From assembly GCA_965219095.1 (NCBI GenBank), contig CBDCMT010000001.1, forward strand, positions 1,120,001-1,184,000: a stretch of 64,000 nucleotides of DNA, read 5' to 3'. A program made the translations under genes and the position numbers. The notes beneath the pieces were generated by a model. That model saw only the letters and a program-made list of their open reading frames with translations, had not been told where the DNA came from and ran no database searches. The first letter of the stretch is position 1. Every line of letters begins with the position of its first letter. The DNA is from Bdellovibrionales bacterium. GTDB taxonomy: Bacteria; Bdellovibrionota; Bdellovibrionia; Bdellovibrionales; UBA1609. Positions 31,491 through 42,106 of this stretch are shown piece by piece.

Positions 31491-31680
31491 TATATTATAC
31501 GAAGTAAATTCTGATATCTTGGAGATTTAGGTTTAATGAGAAGAAAGTGTAGATTGGATGATTTTTTGACTGGCCGCACTGTTTCTTGGTAAATGAACAT
31601 AGATGAAGTAAAAACTGTCTAATGGCTTTTAGAATGGTTTTTGAAGATGGCAACAAAAAGCTCTGCTATAGAATTTTTTA

Positions 31681-32235
31681 ATGAATGATTCAGTCGAAAA
31701 AGTAAAACTTTCTTTCTGGTCTTTACTAGTTTGGATTTTTGTTGCTAGTTTATTTCGTTTAATTCCCCACCCCCCTAACTTTACTCCTCTTTTGTCTATA
31801 GCTTTATTAGGAGGAGTATATTTTGAAAAAAAGACTTTTAGTTTTTTGCTTACTTTTTTAGTTATTTTTTTAACGGATCTCATTATAGGACTGCATTCTT
31901 TAATATGGGCTGTTTATTTATCGCTAACCTTTATTATTTGCATGGGATTTTTTCTAAGAAAAAAAGTAGGGATAATTTCTGTTTTATTGATATCTTGCCT
32001 TTCTTCTGTTGTGTTTTTCTTAATTACAAATTTTGGCGTTTGGTTAACATATGATATGTACTCTAAAACTTTTTCTGGTTTGATGGCATGCTATGTAGTA
32101 GCTTTACCGTTTTTCCATAATACTTTGTTAAGTTGCTTGTTTTACTCTTCTGTTTTGTTTTTTAGTTTTTCCTTTTTTAGACGAAAAGTTCTAATTTTAA
32201 ACACTCAAAAGTCCCTACATTCATTAAATAATTGA
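31681..32235 (+). CDS. DUF6580-like putative membrane transport protein
   Basis: RLIPHPPNFTPL..IALLGG; FFLITNFGVW; CYVVALPFF. Confidence 0.8.
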   Translation: MNDSVEKVKLSFWSLLVWIFVASLFRLIPHPPNFTPLLSIALLGGVYFEKKTFSFLLTFLVIFLTDLIIGLHSLIWAVYLSLTFIICMGFFLRKKVGIISVLLISCLSSVVFFLITNFGVWLTYDMYSKTFSGLMACYVVALPFFHNTLLSCLFYSSVLFFSFSFFRRKVLILNTQKSLHSLNN

Positions 32236-32256
32236 TAATATTTCTTACAAACAATA

Positions 32257-33296
32257 TAGTGCTTCCGCTTAGGTTTTCAGTTTTTTTTGAGTTGAGGTCT
32301 AGTTTTTATTCTAAGGCCTTGATAAAAAATCATTTATTTTTAAAAATAGTTTCATATGTCAGGGTTTCTATCAAAAAAAGAGCGAAAAGATTTACTCTAT
32401 GAACTATCTCTAGAGAAAAATCTTAAATACGTAAAAAGGATTATGACAATTCTCCATTTAGATAAAGGTGAGTTGTGTAAAGATATTTCCCGTTTTCTTT
32501 TCATTGATGAGGGCACGATAAGAGCCTGTAGAAATCGTTATAACAAAGGCGGGATAGAGTGTTTAATCAACGACAATTACAATCCTAAAAGGTCCTTTTT
32601 AACTAAGAAAGAGGAGAAAATGCTTTTAAAGGAATTAGAGAAAAGAATTTTTCCATCATCACAGGCCCTTATTCAGTTCATTGAGGAGAATTTTGGTGTT
32701 ACGTACTTTAACAAGTGGTGTAATTGATCTTCTCCATCGCCTTGGTTTTTCTTATAAAAAAGCCACAGCGATACCGAGTAAGGTAAAGAAAGAAAAGCAG
32801 GAAAAGTTTGTGCGTAAATACAAGAGAATTAAGAAGAAAGACGGTCCTGTTTACTTTGCTGATTCCACACATCCTGAGTGGGGCCCTACGATTTCATATG
32901 GTTGGATAAGAGAGGGTAAGAAGTTTGAAGTGAAGACCAATTCAGGCTGGAGAAAAAGAGTGAATGTTTGTGAAGCTATTGAGATCAATAGTTTGAAGAC
33001 GATAGTCAGGAGTTATAAGACAGTTAACGAAGTTTTTCTATGTGATATGCTCTATCATATTCATTAAGAAGTATTCCGATGAAAAAGAGATTCATCTTAT
33101 CTTAGATGGGGCCGGATACAATAGATCGAAGTCTGTCAAGAAGTTAGCAAAAGAGTTGAATATAAAACTTGTTTATCTTCCTCCGTACTCACCGAATTTA
33201 AATCCTATAGAAAGGCTTTGGAAGTTTATGAAAAAAGAGGTCACGGCGAATCGATATTATGAAAACTATGACGATTTCAAGGGAAGTTTAAGTCAA
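32257..33296 (+). mobile_element. IS630 type B, 3'-truncated copy
   Basis: Near-identical to the 19449 copy, with the same two frameshifts. Confidence 0.9.
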
Positions 33297-33427
33297 TAAA
33301 AAATGGAAAGGAAATGCAGGAAGTTTTTTCTTAGGTGATTAGAATATTCGTGACCGTATGCAAAAAAAAATTTTTATATTTTTTGTAAATGGAGAAGTGT
33401 TTTTTCTTGACATACTTTTTGATAGAT
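33297..33427 (+). mobile_element. IS110 right-end remnant
   Basis: Matches 51712-51841 and is followed by the same actctaaa flank. Confidence 0.88.
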
Positions 33428-33436
33428 ACTCTAAAG

Positions 33437-33897
33437 TGTAATAGTCGCAACTTAATCTGACACGTCTCGAAATGTCAAAGAGATGAAAAGAGGTTACCCT
33501 TTTAAATAAACAATACCACCCCAAAGGGTGGAGAAAGGATAACAAAAATGACATATCAAGAAAGAATTATAAAATCAAAAGTAGGTCTTTTGCAATTAGC
33601 AGAAGAGTTAGGCAATGTATCTCAAGCTTGTAAGGTGATGGGCTTTTCAAGAGATACATTTTATCGTTACAAGACACTCAAAGAGGAAGGAGGTTTAGAA
33701 TCATTAAGAGAGCAAAGTCGTAGAAAGCCTAATTTAAAAAACAGAGTTGATCAAACGACAGAAGAGGCTTGTTTAAGGATCGCTATAGAACTTCCTGCCT
33801 ATGGACAGTTGAGAGCGTCCAATGAGTTAAGGAAAAAAGGAATTTTTATTTCTCCTGCAGGAGTTAGAGGGGTCTGGCTGAGAAATAATTTAGAGAC
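33437..33897 (+). mobile_element. IS481 5' fragment
   Basis: Matches the 17381 copy; cut by the 44-bp MITE. Confidence 0.92.
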
Positions 33898-33941
33898 TGA
33901 TCTTCCCCCAAAAAAGTGGACAGTTTTTTGGGGGAAGATCA
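33898..33941. mobile_element. 44-bp IS3-like MITE (copy 2)
   Basis: tgatcttcccccaaaaaa-gtggacag-ttttttgggggaagatca. Confidence 0.75.
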
Positions 33942-34529
33942 CCACTCATACCTTTAGGAAATTGACCTTTATTTCTAGCTCCACATGAGGGACAATCCTT
34001 AACTTCAGAAGTTACAGTATGGGTTTGAATTTCATAAAAAATATCAATCTTTTTACGCTTTTCAAGGCTTTTTACCTCTGCTGTCTTTAAACACATCCCA
34101 CACTGAGAACACTCTGAGGGAGAGACAGTCTCCTCACTGTTTGTATCTTTACTGTTATAAAGTCTAGAGCCCCTTTTTCTGACTCCCACTAGCTTTCTTA
34201 TTACGATTCCCTTGACGACTAAAATCTTGCGAAGGAGGAAGACCGCTGTTGCTGGAATTTTTTCGAACCTGTTTTTCTAAAAGCACAACAATCAGAATGT
34301 TCACAACCTTAAAGAGAGATTCAAAAACCACAGAAATCTCAGTAGGCACAGAACCTTTCTTTGCAAGCTTATCAAAGTCACTTCTTATATTTTCAATCTC
34401 ATTTCTGATGGAGGTCTTATTTATTGTCATTTGAAAAGAGTATTTAAAAGAAAATCTGTAAGAGCAAGACTTTTATCTTAAAACAGGTCTAAAGTTAGGG
34501 ATAACTGAACAATGTAGGTGAGCAGTTAC
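33942..34529 (-). mobile_element. IS66 5' fragment
   Basis: Reverse complement of 37609-38195 including left TIR gtaactgctcacc. Confidence 0.92.
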
Positions 34530-34626
34530 TAATTTTCTCCCTTTTAAGGATTTAAACCTTTTCTTTAAGCTTTAAAAAAAAAAAAATATTTTTGTAACTG
34601 CTTGAAATAATTAGCTTTTTTCATCA

Positions 34627-34642
34627 TGGATGTCTTCTTGCA
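34627..34642 (+). promoter_or_regulatory. Putative sigma54 promoter
   Basis: tGGatgtcttcttGCa (GG-N10-GC); IHF-like taactgcttgaaa about 20 bp upstream. Confidence 0.5.
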
Positions 34643-34662
34643 GTAAAAAGGAGGAGGTAAAT

Positions 34663-34828
34663 ATGAAAAAATTATTTTTTACGATGGCAATTTTCCTGAG
34701 CGGAATTACAGCGATGGCTGAATGCGATCATACCCCCTAGAAAGTATCATTTAGAAGATAACACAAATTCTGATTCTAATCAGAATGATCGCAGAGTTCA
34801 GCCTAAATCTTCTGAAGGACGGCAATAA
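34663..34828 (+). pseudogene. Small secreted peptide with +1 frameshift in a C run
   Basis: RBS ggaggagg; MKKLFFTMAIFLSGITAMA|ECDHTP then TAG; removing one C gives a 54-aa ORF ending QPKSSEGRQ. Confidence 0.65.
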
Positions 34829-34832
34829 TTGA

Positions 34833-34876
34833 AACTCTGAAAAAATTTAAAAATATTTTTAAATTTTTTCAGAGTT
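34833..34876. terminator. Perfect 44-bp palindrome between convergent genes
   Basis: aactctgaaaaaatttaaaaat|atttttaaattttttcagagtt. Confidence 0.6.
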
Positions 34877-34933
34877 CGGGGATTAATGAGTTAAGAAGGC
34901 GTAAAAAGAAGTAGAAAAGAAAGAAGTTAATTT

Positions 34934-35224
34934 TCAAAGCTCTTTAGGCTTTTCATCCTTATCTTTTTCGAGTTTGTCTTTATAGGATTCTTTTTTTCTA
35001 TTAAGCTTTATTTTTTCCATAAGCTTTTCTGCTGAAAGGTTTTTAGATGCATATTCCCATAAGATTTTCAAGTTAATTTCTTGAAAGATAGAAGTGAGGG
35101 GAGATTTGTGAATCCAAGACCACAGCCTTTCTTCAAAGGTTTTCTTGCCCCATGAAATCTGCATAAAGATTACAAAGGCAATTGTCAGTACAAAACTTTT
35201 CAGTACAAGTACAAAAGAAGACAT
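34934..35224 (-). CDS. Hypothetical membrane-anchored protein
   Basis: N-terminal TM helix, 96 aa. Confidence 0.65.
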   Translation of the reverse strand: MSSFVLVLKSFVLTIAFVIFMQISWGKKTFEERLWSWIHKSPLTSIFQEINLKILWEYASKNLSAEKLMEKIKLNRKKESYKDKLEKDKDEKPKEL

Positions 35225-35278
35225 GCTAATATATTATAAGAAAGAAAAGGAGAAAAAAAAACTCTTTTTATAGTAATT

Positions 35279-35929
35279 ATGGAAAAAATCCTTTCAAAGC
35301 TACTTGCCTTTGGTGCTAATTTAGTAGGATTTAAGGCTTACGGCTTTATTATTTTAATTTTGATAATTTGTGGATTAGGAGTCCCTATACCTGAAGACAT
35401 TACTTTGATTTTAGCAGGTTTTCTTGCAAGTCAAGGTAATATTAGTCTTTCAGGAGCCTTTGTTGTAGGTTTTGTGGGTGTCCTCATTGGGGATACATTT
35501 TTATTTTTTTTAGGACGAAAGTTTGGTTACAGAGTTTTTAGACTTAAGTTGATAAAAGGGATTTTTAGTGAAAAAAGACTTCAAAAGGCTAAAAATAGGA
35601 TCCATAGAAATTCTAAGTTCATTTGTTTTACAGCGAGGTTTTTACCAGGACTTCGTGCCTCTATTTATCTTGTATCAGGAGCTATGAAAGTTTCACCCTT
35701 TGTTTTTTTATTTCTAGATGGTTTCGCAGCTCTTATTAGTGTTCCTATTTGGGTGTACCTAGGTTGGTATTTAGGAACAGAGATTGATTTTGAAAATTTA
35801 TTTGAAAGTGAAGCATTCCAGCAGATTAAAGACATTCAATTCTACTTTTTTGCAGGCATAGTCTTTATTATTACTATTTATGTCGGTCGATCTTTTTATA
35901 AAAATTATAAAGCTAAAAGAGATCAATAA
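35279..35929 (+). CDS. DedA-family membrane protein
   Basis: GVPIPEDITLILAG, GD..LFFLGR.FG, ARFLPGLR. Confidence 0.93.
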   Translation: MEKILSKLLAFGANLVGFKAYGFIILILIICGLGVPIPEDITLILAGFLASQGNISLSGAFVVGFVGVLIGDTFLFFLGRKFGYRVFRLKLIKGIFSEKRLQKAKNRIHRNSKFICFTARFLPGLRASIYLVSGAMKVSPFVFLFLDGFAALISVPIWVYLGWYLGTEIDFENLFESEAFQQIKDIQFYFFAGIVFIITIYVGRSFYKNYKAKRDQ

Positions 35930-35990
35930 GTTTTTCCTTATAATCCTACATTCACTTTCCGTATGGCAGACTGTGAGAGTATAAAAATTT

Positions 35991-36062
35991 GCCTTCTCAA
36001 AAGAATCTGTGAATTTCCGGTGTTTCTGTCAGTTTTCCAAGGTTGTGATATAAGGCGTTTTT
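35991..36062 (-). mobile_element. ISL3 right-end remnant (diverged)
   Basis: Similar to 25645-25718. Confidence 0.75.
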
Positions 36063-36176
36063 AGAGCTAAATTGTGTAACTGATTTTTTCATTTCAAATT
36101 TTATCTCAGTTCCATTGTTCTGTTGTTAATTCCTATCTTCTTAGCTATCCTTGACCCCCCTTTCTTAGGCTAAAGT

Positions 36177-36435
36177 TATACCATTTCCAAAAATTAATTC
36201 GACATTCTTTTAACGTATAGTGCTCTGGCTTTTTGATCAAACTCTGTTAAATTTTTAGAGTGTCAAAAAAAGATTTAGTTACAAAGCTTCAAGGGTATGA
36301 TTTTATAGCTACTTACAAAGTGGAAAGAAGTGTCAACATCAAGACAAAGCTCCAAGCTCTGCACCATATGCAAGAAGGAAAATCGATTCAAGAAACAGCT
36401 AGGTATGGTTTTGTATCATCGTCACAGTATCAAAT
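36177..36435 (+). mobile_element. IS630 type A 5' fragment
   Basis: Left TIR plus MSKKDLVT... homologous to the 24915 copy. Confidence 0.85.
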
Positions 36436-36535
36436 TAAAACTCAAGAACAGAGGCTTCTGAACAATATATAAAAGTCAAAACTAGGGTAATAGGAGCCTG
36501 TAATAATTACAGGCTCTTCTACAAGCTCTCTATTC

Positions 36536-36968
36536 TTATGGTTTGGGCTCACAAGTAATCTGTTCTCTATAAACTTTTATTAATGTTTCATTTAAAGTAT
36601 TTAAAACATAAACCTTCTTATCCCAAGAACCTACGACAATTTTATTATCATTCATTATAGCAGGAAAGGAATAAACCAAGCCACCTGTTTTAAAAGAAGC
36701 TACTTTAAATAATTCATTACCTGAAAGCTCTAAAACATAAACCTTGAAATCATCAGAGCCTATGACAATTTTATCATCATCCATTATAGCAGGAGAGGAA
36801 CGAACCAAGCCATCTGTTCTAAAAGAAGCTACTTTAACTAACTTCTTACCCCTAAGCTCTAAAGCATAAACATTTTCATCATCAGAACCTATGACAATTG
36901 TTCCATTATTCATTATGGCAGGAGAGGAGCGAACCGCATCACCTGTTCTAAAAGAAGCTACTTTAACT
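36536..36968 (-). pseudogene. PQQ/BamB-like beta-propeller repeat protein, 3' fragment
   Basis: ~41-aa repeats KVASFKTG..VRSSPAIM.D..IVIGS.D..VYVLEL; 5' end cut by an IS66 right-end fragment at 36969. Confidence 0.8.
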
Positions 36969-37043
36969 GTAACTGCTTACTCTCGTCACCACAGGCACAC
37001 AGTAGTGATAGGTTATAAAAGAGTGGTTGGGTTGGGTGTCTTC

Positions 37044-37337
37044 TCATTTCTCCAAGCCTTTCTTCTTTTTTTCTTTAGCATTGTAAACTTGAAGAAAAAT
37101 TTGCTTGTTTTGAAGTTTATCAATAAGAAGAGCTTGACCTCTTTTTAAAGACTTAAAAACATCAAAATCCACTTTCATCTTTTTGGTGTTAAAAAGTGAA
37201 CCTAAGCCTGTTTTTATAGCACTTCCTTGAAGAATTTGGCTTTGAGCTTTTAGGATTGCAAGGTCTTGAGATTCTCCTTCTATCTTCATAAGAAGCCTTA
37301 AATTCTTTTTTTGTTTTTTATACTGTTTAAATTTCAT
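37044..37337 (-). CDS. Hypothetical protein, weak resemblance to a coupling-protein C-terminus
   Basis: TGLGSL...DVFKSLKRGQALLI; tentative. Confidence 0.35.
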   Translation of the reverse strand: MKFKQYKKQKKNLRLLMKIEGESQDLAILKAQSQILQGSAIKTGLGSLFNTKKMKVDFDVFKSLKRGQALLIDKLQNKQIFLQVYNAKEKKKKGLEK

Positions 37338-37339
37338 GT

Positions 37340-37588
37340 CTATATGATCTTGATTTGAAGGTGTTTTGCGTTTTTGAGTTCAAAAACATGTTCATCAGTG
37401 ATAAGAGAAATGGATTTTTGAACAAAGTTTTTTGGGTTTATTTTCTTAGCATAAGAGCTTTGATTAGCTTTTTTAAAAAGATCTTTTGTTTTTAAAAAAG
37501 TACGTTTTTCAAGAATAAGACGTGCTACTTTCTTCTTAACTTTTATGCCTTCTCTTTTTGTGTCTTTATTTAATTTATTTCTTTTCAT
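37340..37588 (-). CDS. Basic hypothetical protein
   Basis: 82-aa ORF with aaagg RBS. Confidence 0.4.
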   Translation of the reverse strand: MKRNKLNKDTKREGIKVKKKVARLILEKRTFLKTKDLFKKANQSSYAKKINPKNFVQKSISLITDEHVFELKNAKHLQIKII

Positions 37589-37608
37589 AAATAAACCTTT
37601 CTTTTTTA

Positions 37609-39141
37609 GTAACTGCTCACCTACATTGTTCAGTTATCCTTAACTTTAGACCTGTTTTAAGATAAAAGTCTTGCTCTTACAGATTTTCTTTTAAATACTT
37701 TTTTCAAATGACAATAAATAAGACCTCCATCAGAAATGAGATTGAAAATATAAGAAGTGACTTTGATAAGTTTGCAAAGAAAGGTTCTGTGCCTACTGAG
37801 ATTTCTGTGATTGTTGAATCTCTCTTTAAGGTTGTGAACATTCTGATTGTTGTGCTTTTAGAAAAACAGGTTCGAAAAAATTCCAGCAACAGCGGTCTTC
37901 CTCCTTCGCAAGATTTTAGTCGTCAAGGGAATCGTAATAAGAAAGCTAGTGGGAGTCAAAAAAAGGGCTCTAGACTTGATAACAGTAAAGATACAAACAG
38001 TGAGGAGACTGTCTCTCCCTCAGAGTGTTCTCAGTGTGGGATGTTTTTAAAGACAGCAGAGGTAAAAAGCCTTGAGAAGCGTAAAAAGATTGATATTTTT
38101 TATGAAATTCAAACCCATACTGTAACTTCTGAGGTTAAGGATTGTCCCTCATGTGGAGCTAGAAATAAAGGTCAATTCCCTAAAGGTATGAGTGGTCCTC
38201 TTCAGTATGGTATAGGCATTAGAGCTTCCATCATCAATTTCATTATAGTTCAGATGCTGTCTTTTAGAGCGTGTTGGGGAACATTACATGGGGCTTATAG
38301 GTCGAATGATTTCTCCTGCAGTTATGTTGAGATACATTGCTGAATTAGGAGAGTTTCTTAAAAGTTGGGAAGAGCAGATGAAAGAAAAGATACTTGAATC
38401 AGAGGTCATTCATGTTGATGAGACCTCTATGAGGGTTAAGGGTAAAAACTACTGGATTCATACTTATAGTTCAGGAGAATTAGTCTTGCAGTTTCTCCAC
38501 CTTTCAGGTGGAAGGGAAGCCATAAAAGATATTGGTCTCTTGGATAGATATGCAGGAGTGCTTGTGCATGATTGTTGGAGTCCTTACTTTTGTTATGATA
38601 AGATAACTCATGCTTTGTGTGTGGCTCACCTTTTGAGAGAGCTTAAATTTATAGAAGAAAGCAATGGATTCAAATGGGCTACAAATCTCAAAAAACTTCT
38701 TAAAGAGACTGTGGAGCTAGTTCATAAAAAAGAGTCAAGAGTTCTGACTCAAAAAGAGTACGAAACTCTTCAGAGAAGGTATAGGAGTATTCTTACAAAA
38801 GGCTTAAAAGAGCTTCCAGAATTTCCTAAGAAAAATGGCAAGAAAGGACGAATAAAGCATACACAAGCTCAAAACCTTTGGCTGCGATTTAAAAAGTATG
38901 AAGCAGAAATACTGTGTTTTGCTAAAAGAAAGAACGTAGATCCTACTAATAACAGAGCTGAAAGAGATCTAAGAATGACTAAGGTGAAAAAGAAAGTGTC
39001 AGGGTGTTTCAGAACAGAAGAAATGGCGAAATATTTTTGTCGTATTACCAGCTATGTTAAAACAATGAGAAATAGAGGGTATTCTTCTTTAGAAGCCATC
39101 TCTATGGCTTTAAATAAAAACTTACGAGAGTGAGCAGTTAC
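37609..39141 (+). mobile_element. Complete single-ORF IS66-family element with frameshifted transposase (37708-39133)
   Basis: TIR gtaactgctcac; 8-bp TSD ctttttta; NSSNSGLPPS, CxxC, DDE motifs; frameshift near 38262. Confidence 0.95.
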
Positions 39142-40084
39142 CTTTTTTATTCTTTTAATTTCTAACTTAAGTGATAGTTTTTTATTTTTTTTCACCCTTT
39201 AGCTTAAGAGTTTTTAAAAAAGCTGAAATAGGGGTCAGGCAGGTTTTTTAAATTTGCAAGAGATAGCTAGAAAATAAATAATTTCAATAAGTTATAATGC
39301 TTAAAAATATTTTTTCACTGTGGAGTTTTCATCATCAATTCATCACTTGTTTTTACTCCCTTTTTTGTTTTTTAAAAGAGTCTTTTTCTTTTTTTTAAAA
39401 ACTACAATCTCTCTTCTCTAAAATGGGCTAAGCTCATTAAATTTTTATCCATGAAATCCTCAAACAGGCTATAAAAATCTTAGAAGGGCTATTAAAAAAA
39501 AAAGACTTTTTTCTTCATCCATTAAGCTATTTCTTCTTCTTTTTTTAAAAAAAATGTATAAAACAGCTAAATTTCAGGCTTTGAAAGTAGCTTTTTAAAG
39601 CTCTTTGAAGCCGATTTTTTGACCTGTAGCTACATAGGATTTGAACCCTGTAAAAACTCTTTTTTATCTTTTAGAGATATAACATTTTCTGTCTATGGCC
39701 TCCTTTTCTTTTATGAAGCGTTGGCATGGGTATTCTTTTTTCTTATTTCTTCGAACAAATAGAGCTTATCTTGACCGGACATGGAAAATTTCCCCCTCAC
39801 TATAGGGGAGGTGCTAACCCCCATGGGGGTTAGATTCCTTCTAAGTAATTGAATTTCTTGGTTTTTTTGTTTTTTAGCTTCTGAACTGGAAATGTTTAAT
39901 TTTTTAGAAATCTTTCGTTCTGTCAAGTCTCATAGAGGGCCATTTGAATCACACTTTTTTTTTACTTGAAAGTAACTGAGAGTAGATTTTTTTAAGAAGC
40001 TGACCTAAAAATTCATCTTTATAAAGCTGCTTTTGGATTTTCTTTTTGCTACTCCTTAAACCTCATCTCGATACGATCCTGATT

Positions 40085-41648
40085 AGTCGAACGTGAAAAA
40101 TTGACAAAAGCCTAGGATTTTTATGCTGTATGATCTTTATTCCTGTTACTTTCTACTATAGAGGGTTAAATATTTTTTCATAACTTAAACAAAACAGTAG
40201 TTTTCAAGAAGGCGTACAGGCCTTTTAAGCCATTTCAGTGAAAAAAACGAAAAAAGACGCACCTCTAGCATTAACTTTCTAAAATTTTGAGAAACTCCTG
40301 ATAAAAGACTATTAATAGCATCCCCTTGTGATCCTAATAAAAAGTTCCTTCCCATACGAGAATCTATTTTCATATGACCAATGATTGCCTCAACTGAACT
40401 TCTTCTTCTGTGAAGTTTTCTTTTGTAGGGACTTAATGTTTTACTCATTCCCCCAATATGAACATTAACTCCCGAAGGATGATGCTCTTTGCCACGATAA
40501 CCTTTATCTACATACAAATTTTTTGCCTTAACCTTTGTTAAGGATTCAACTTGAGATAAGGCTGGCTTTAAACTGTGAACATCTGATACATTTTTTTCAA
40601 ATGACTTTACCCCTAAAACCCAGCAATTTTTTGATGAAGTTGCCACACTCACCTTATTGCCAAATTCATATTTTTTATGGGCTTTGCCCTTCCCTATGCA
40701 ATAAACCTCAGGAGCATGAACACTATACACCTTGTTCTTATCCCCTCTTTTTTGGTTATAAATTCTTACACATAAAGATAAACATCTTTTTAAAGATGTA
40801 TTCTCTTCCAAGAACTTAGGACCTCCTTTTCTTGTAACATCTCTTATCACACGACCTAGATAAGTATGAAGCTTTCTTTGCTGTTTTCTTGCTAAACGTA
40901 TTTTTCTTGTATGAGCATAACGAGCATTCTTAAACAAACACTCCTTGGCCTTTCTTTTATAGCTTTGACGTAAAACTAAACCCTCTTTTTTAGCCCTGTG
41001 AACTAAAGTCTTTAAAGCTTTGTAATAAAGACGGCTGTCTGTAGGAAAAGCTATTGCTTTCTCTTGAACAGTTGTATCAACAACTACATTCTCAAACTCT
41101 TTTTTTTTTACAAAATCCTCTCTCAAAGCTAAATCAATGGTTTCCTCTAAGAGAACTTCTATCTTCTCAGCCCCCATCCTCTTTCTCCAGTTAGTCAATG
41201 AACTTCTATCACAGGGATCTTCATAAGAATAAAAAGGCTGACCACAAAAATACTGCCATTGAGGACTCTCTTTGAACATTTCTATTGTCTTCTCGTCACT
41301 TAAATTATAAATGTATTTCAAGCACTGAAGTCCCACCATTAAACGAGTTGAAAGACCTGGACGACCTTTTTTTTCATCATACTTCGAACCAAAATCTTTA
41401 TCAAAACGATCCCAGTCTATTTTATTAGCTAAAATGACAAGCGGATGCTTCTTATGAACAATGTCGTTTACTCTAAAATTAAGAGGGCTTCTCTTTTGTG
41501 TGCTGAACATGTCTTTTGGCCTCATCTTTTTTCCTTTCTGTTTTGCAAGGTTTTTTATCTGTTTTTCCACTTCCTTGCAATTATTTTTATGCAAAAATTA
41601 CAAAAAAACAAGTGTTTTTAGCTGTTTGTGCATTTTTCACGTTCGACT
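40085..41648 (-). mobile_element. IS5-family element
   Basis: 17-bp TIR agtcgaacgtgaaaaat; gatt on both flanks. Confidence 0.9.
40185..41594 (-). CDS. IS5-family transposase
   Basis: HPLVILANKIDW, GRP, VDTTVQEKAIAFPTD, KGKAHKKYEFG, VDKGYRG, RRSSVEAIIGHMK. Confidence 0.95.
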   Translation of the reverse strand: MHKNNCKEVEKQIKNLAKQKGKKMRPKDMFSTQKRSPLNFRVNDIVHKKHPLVILANKIDWDRFDKDFGSKYDEKKGRPGLSTRLMVGLQCLKYIYNLSDEKTIEMFKESPQWQYFCGQPFYSYEDPCDRSSLTNWRKRMGAEKIEVLLEETIDLALREDFVKKKEFENVVVDTTVQEKAIAFPTDSRLYYKALKTLVHRAKKEGLVLRQSYKRKAKECLFKNARYAHTRKIRLARKQQRKLHTYLGRVIRDVTRKGGPKFLEENTSLKRCLSLCVRIYNQKRGDKNKVYSVHAPEVYCIGKGKAHKKYEFGNKVSVATSSKNCWVLGVKSFEKNVSDVHSLKPALSQVESLTKVKAKNLYVDKGYRGKEHHPSGVNVHIGGMSKTLSPYKRKLHRRRSSVEAIIGHMKIDSRMGRNFLLGSQGDAINSLLSGVSQNFRKLMLEVRLFSFFSLKWLKRPVRLLENYCFV

Positions 41649-41722
41649 GATTAGAAAGTGTTTCATCTCTTAAGCTCAAATAAATGATTCTCTGTTTTAA
41701 GAGAAAGGGCTTTTTTGAAAAT

Positions 41723-41764
41723 ATCTTTGGCTTTAAATAAAAACTTACGAGAGTGAGCAGTTAC
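41723..41764 (+). mobile_element. IS66 right-end remnant
   Basis: ggctttaaataaaaacttacgagagtgagcagttac. Confidence 0.85.
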
Positions 41765-42106
41765 AAAATAAAATTATGAAAAAGAATGTAATAACTACAG
41801 AGCGTAGTGGATTTTATATAAGGAAACTCTCCTTCTTCCATAATGAATCAAAAAAGGGAAGTTCTAGAAAGTTACTGAAGGTGTTCCTAAATCTATTTTA
41901 CAAAATTCCAAGGCATAAAAGGCTAACCAACCCATACATGATCAAACAGTAGCATATAATAATTACACTCTTTACTTAAATCACAATTTTTGCTAATACA
42001 TTATACACTGAATCGTAACTTCAAAAACCCTCTTTTTATCTAAGCTATAAAAATAGGCTTTTAAAGCACAATTAGTATAGTAAAAATCATATGAAAGGAA
42101 AGGATT

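Noticed and set aside
16352..33941. 17.6-kb inversion between the two 44-bp MITEs splitting one IS66
   Set aside because: The IS66 halves overlap by ~37 bp, their outer flanks form no TSD, the IS481 remainder is not at the other breakpoint, and the IS630::IS110 composite spans the left breakpoint
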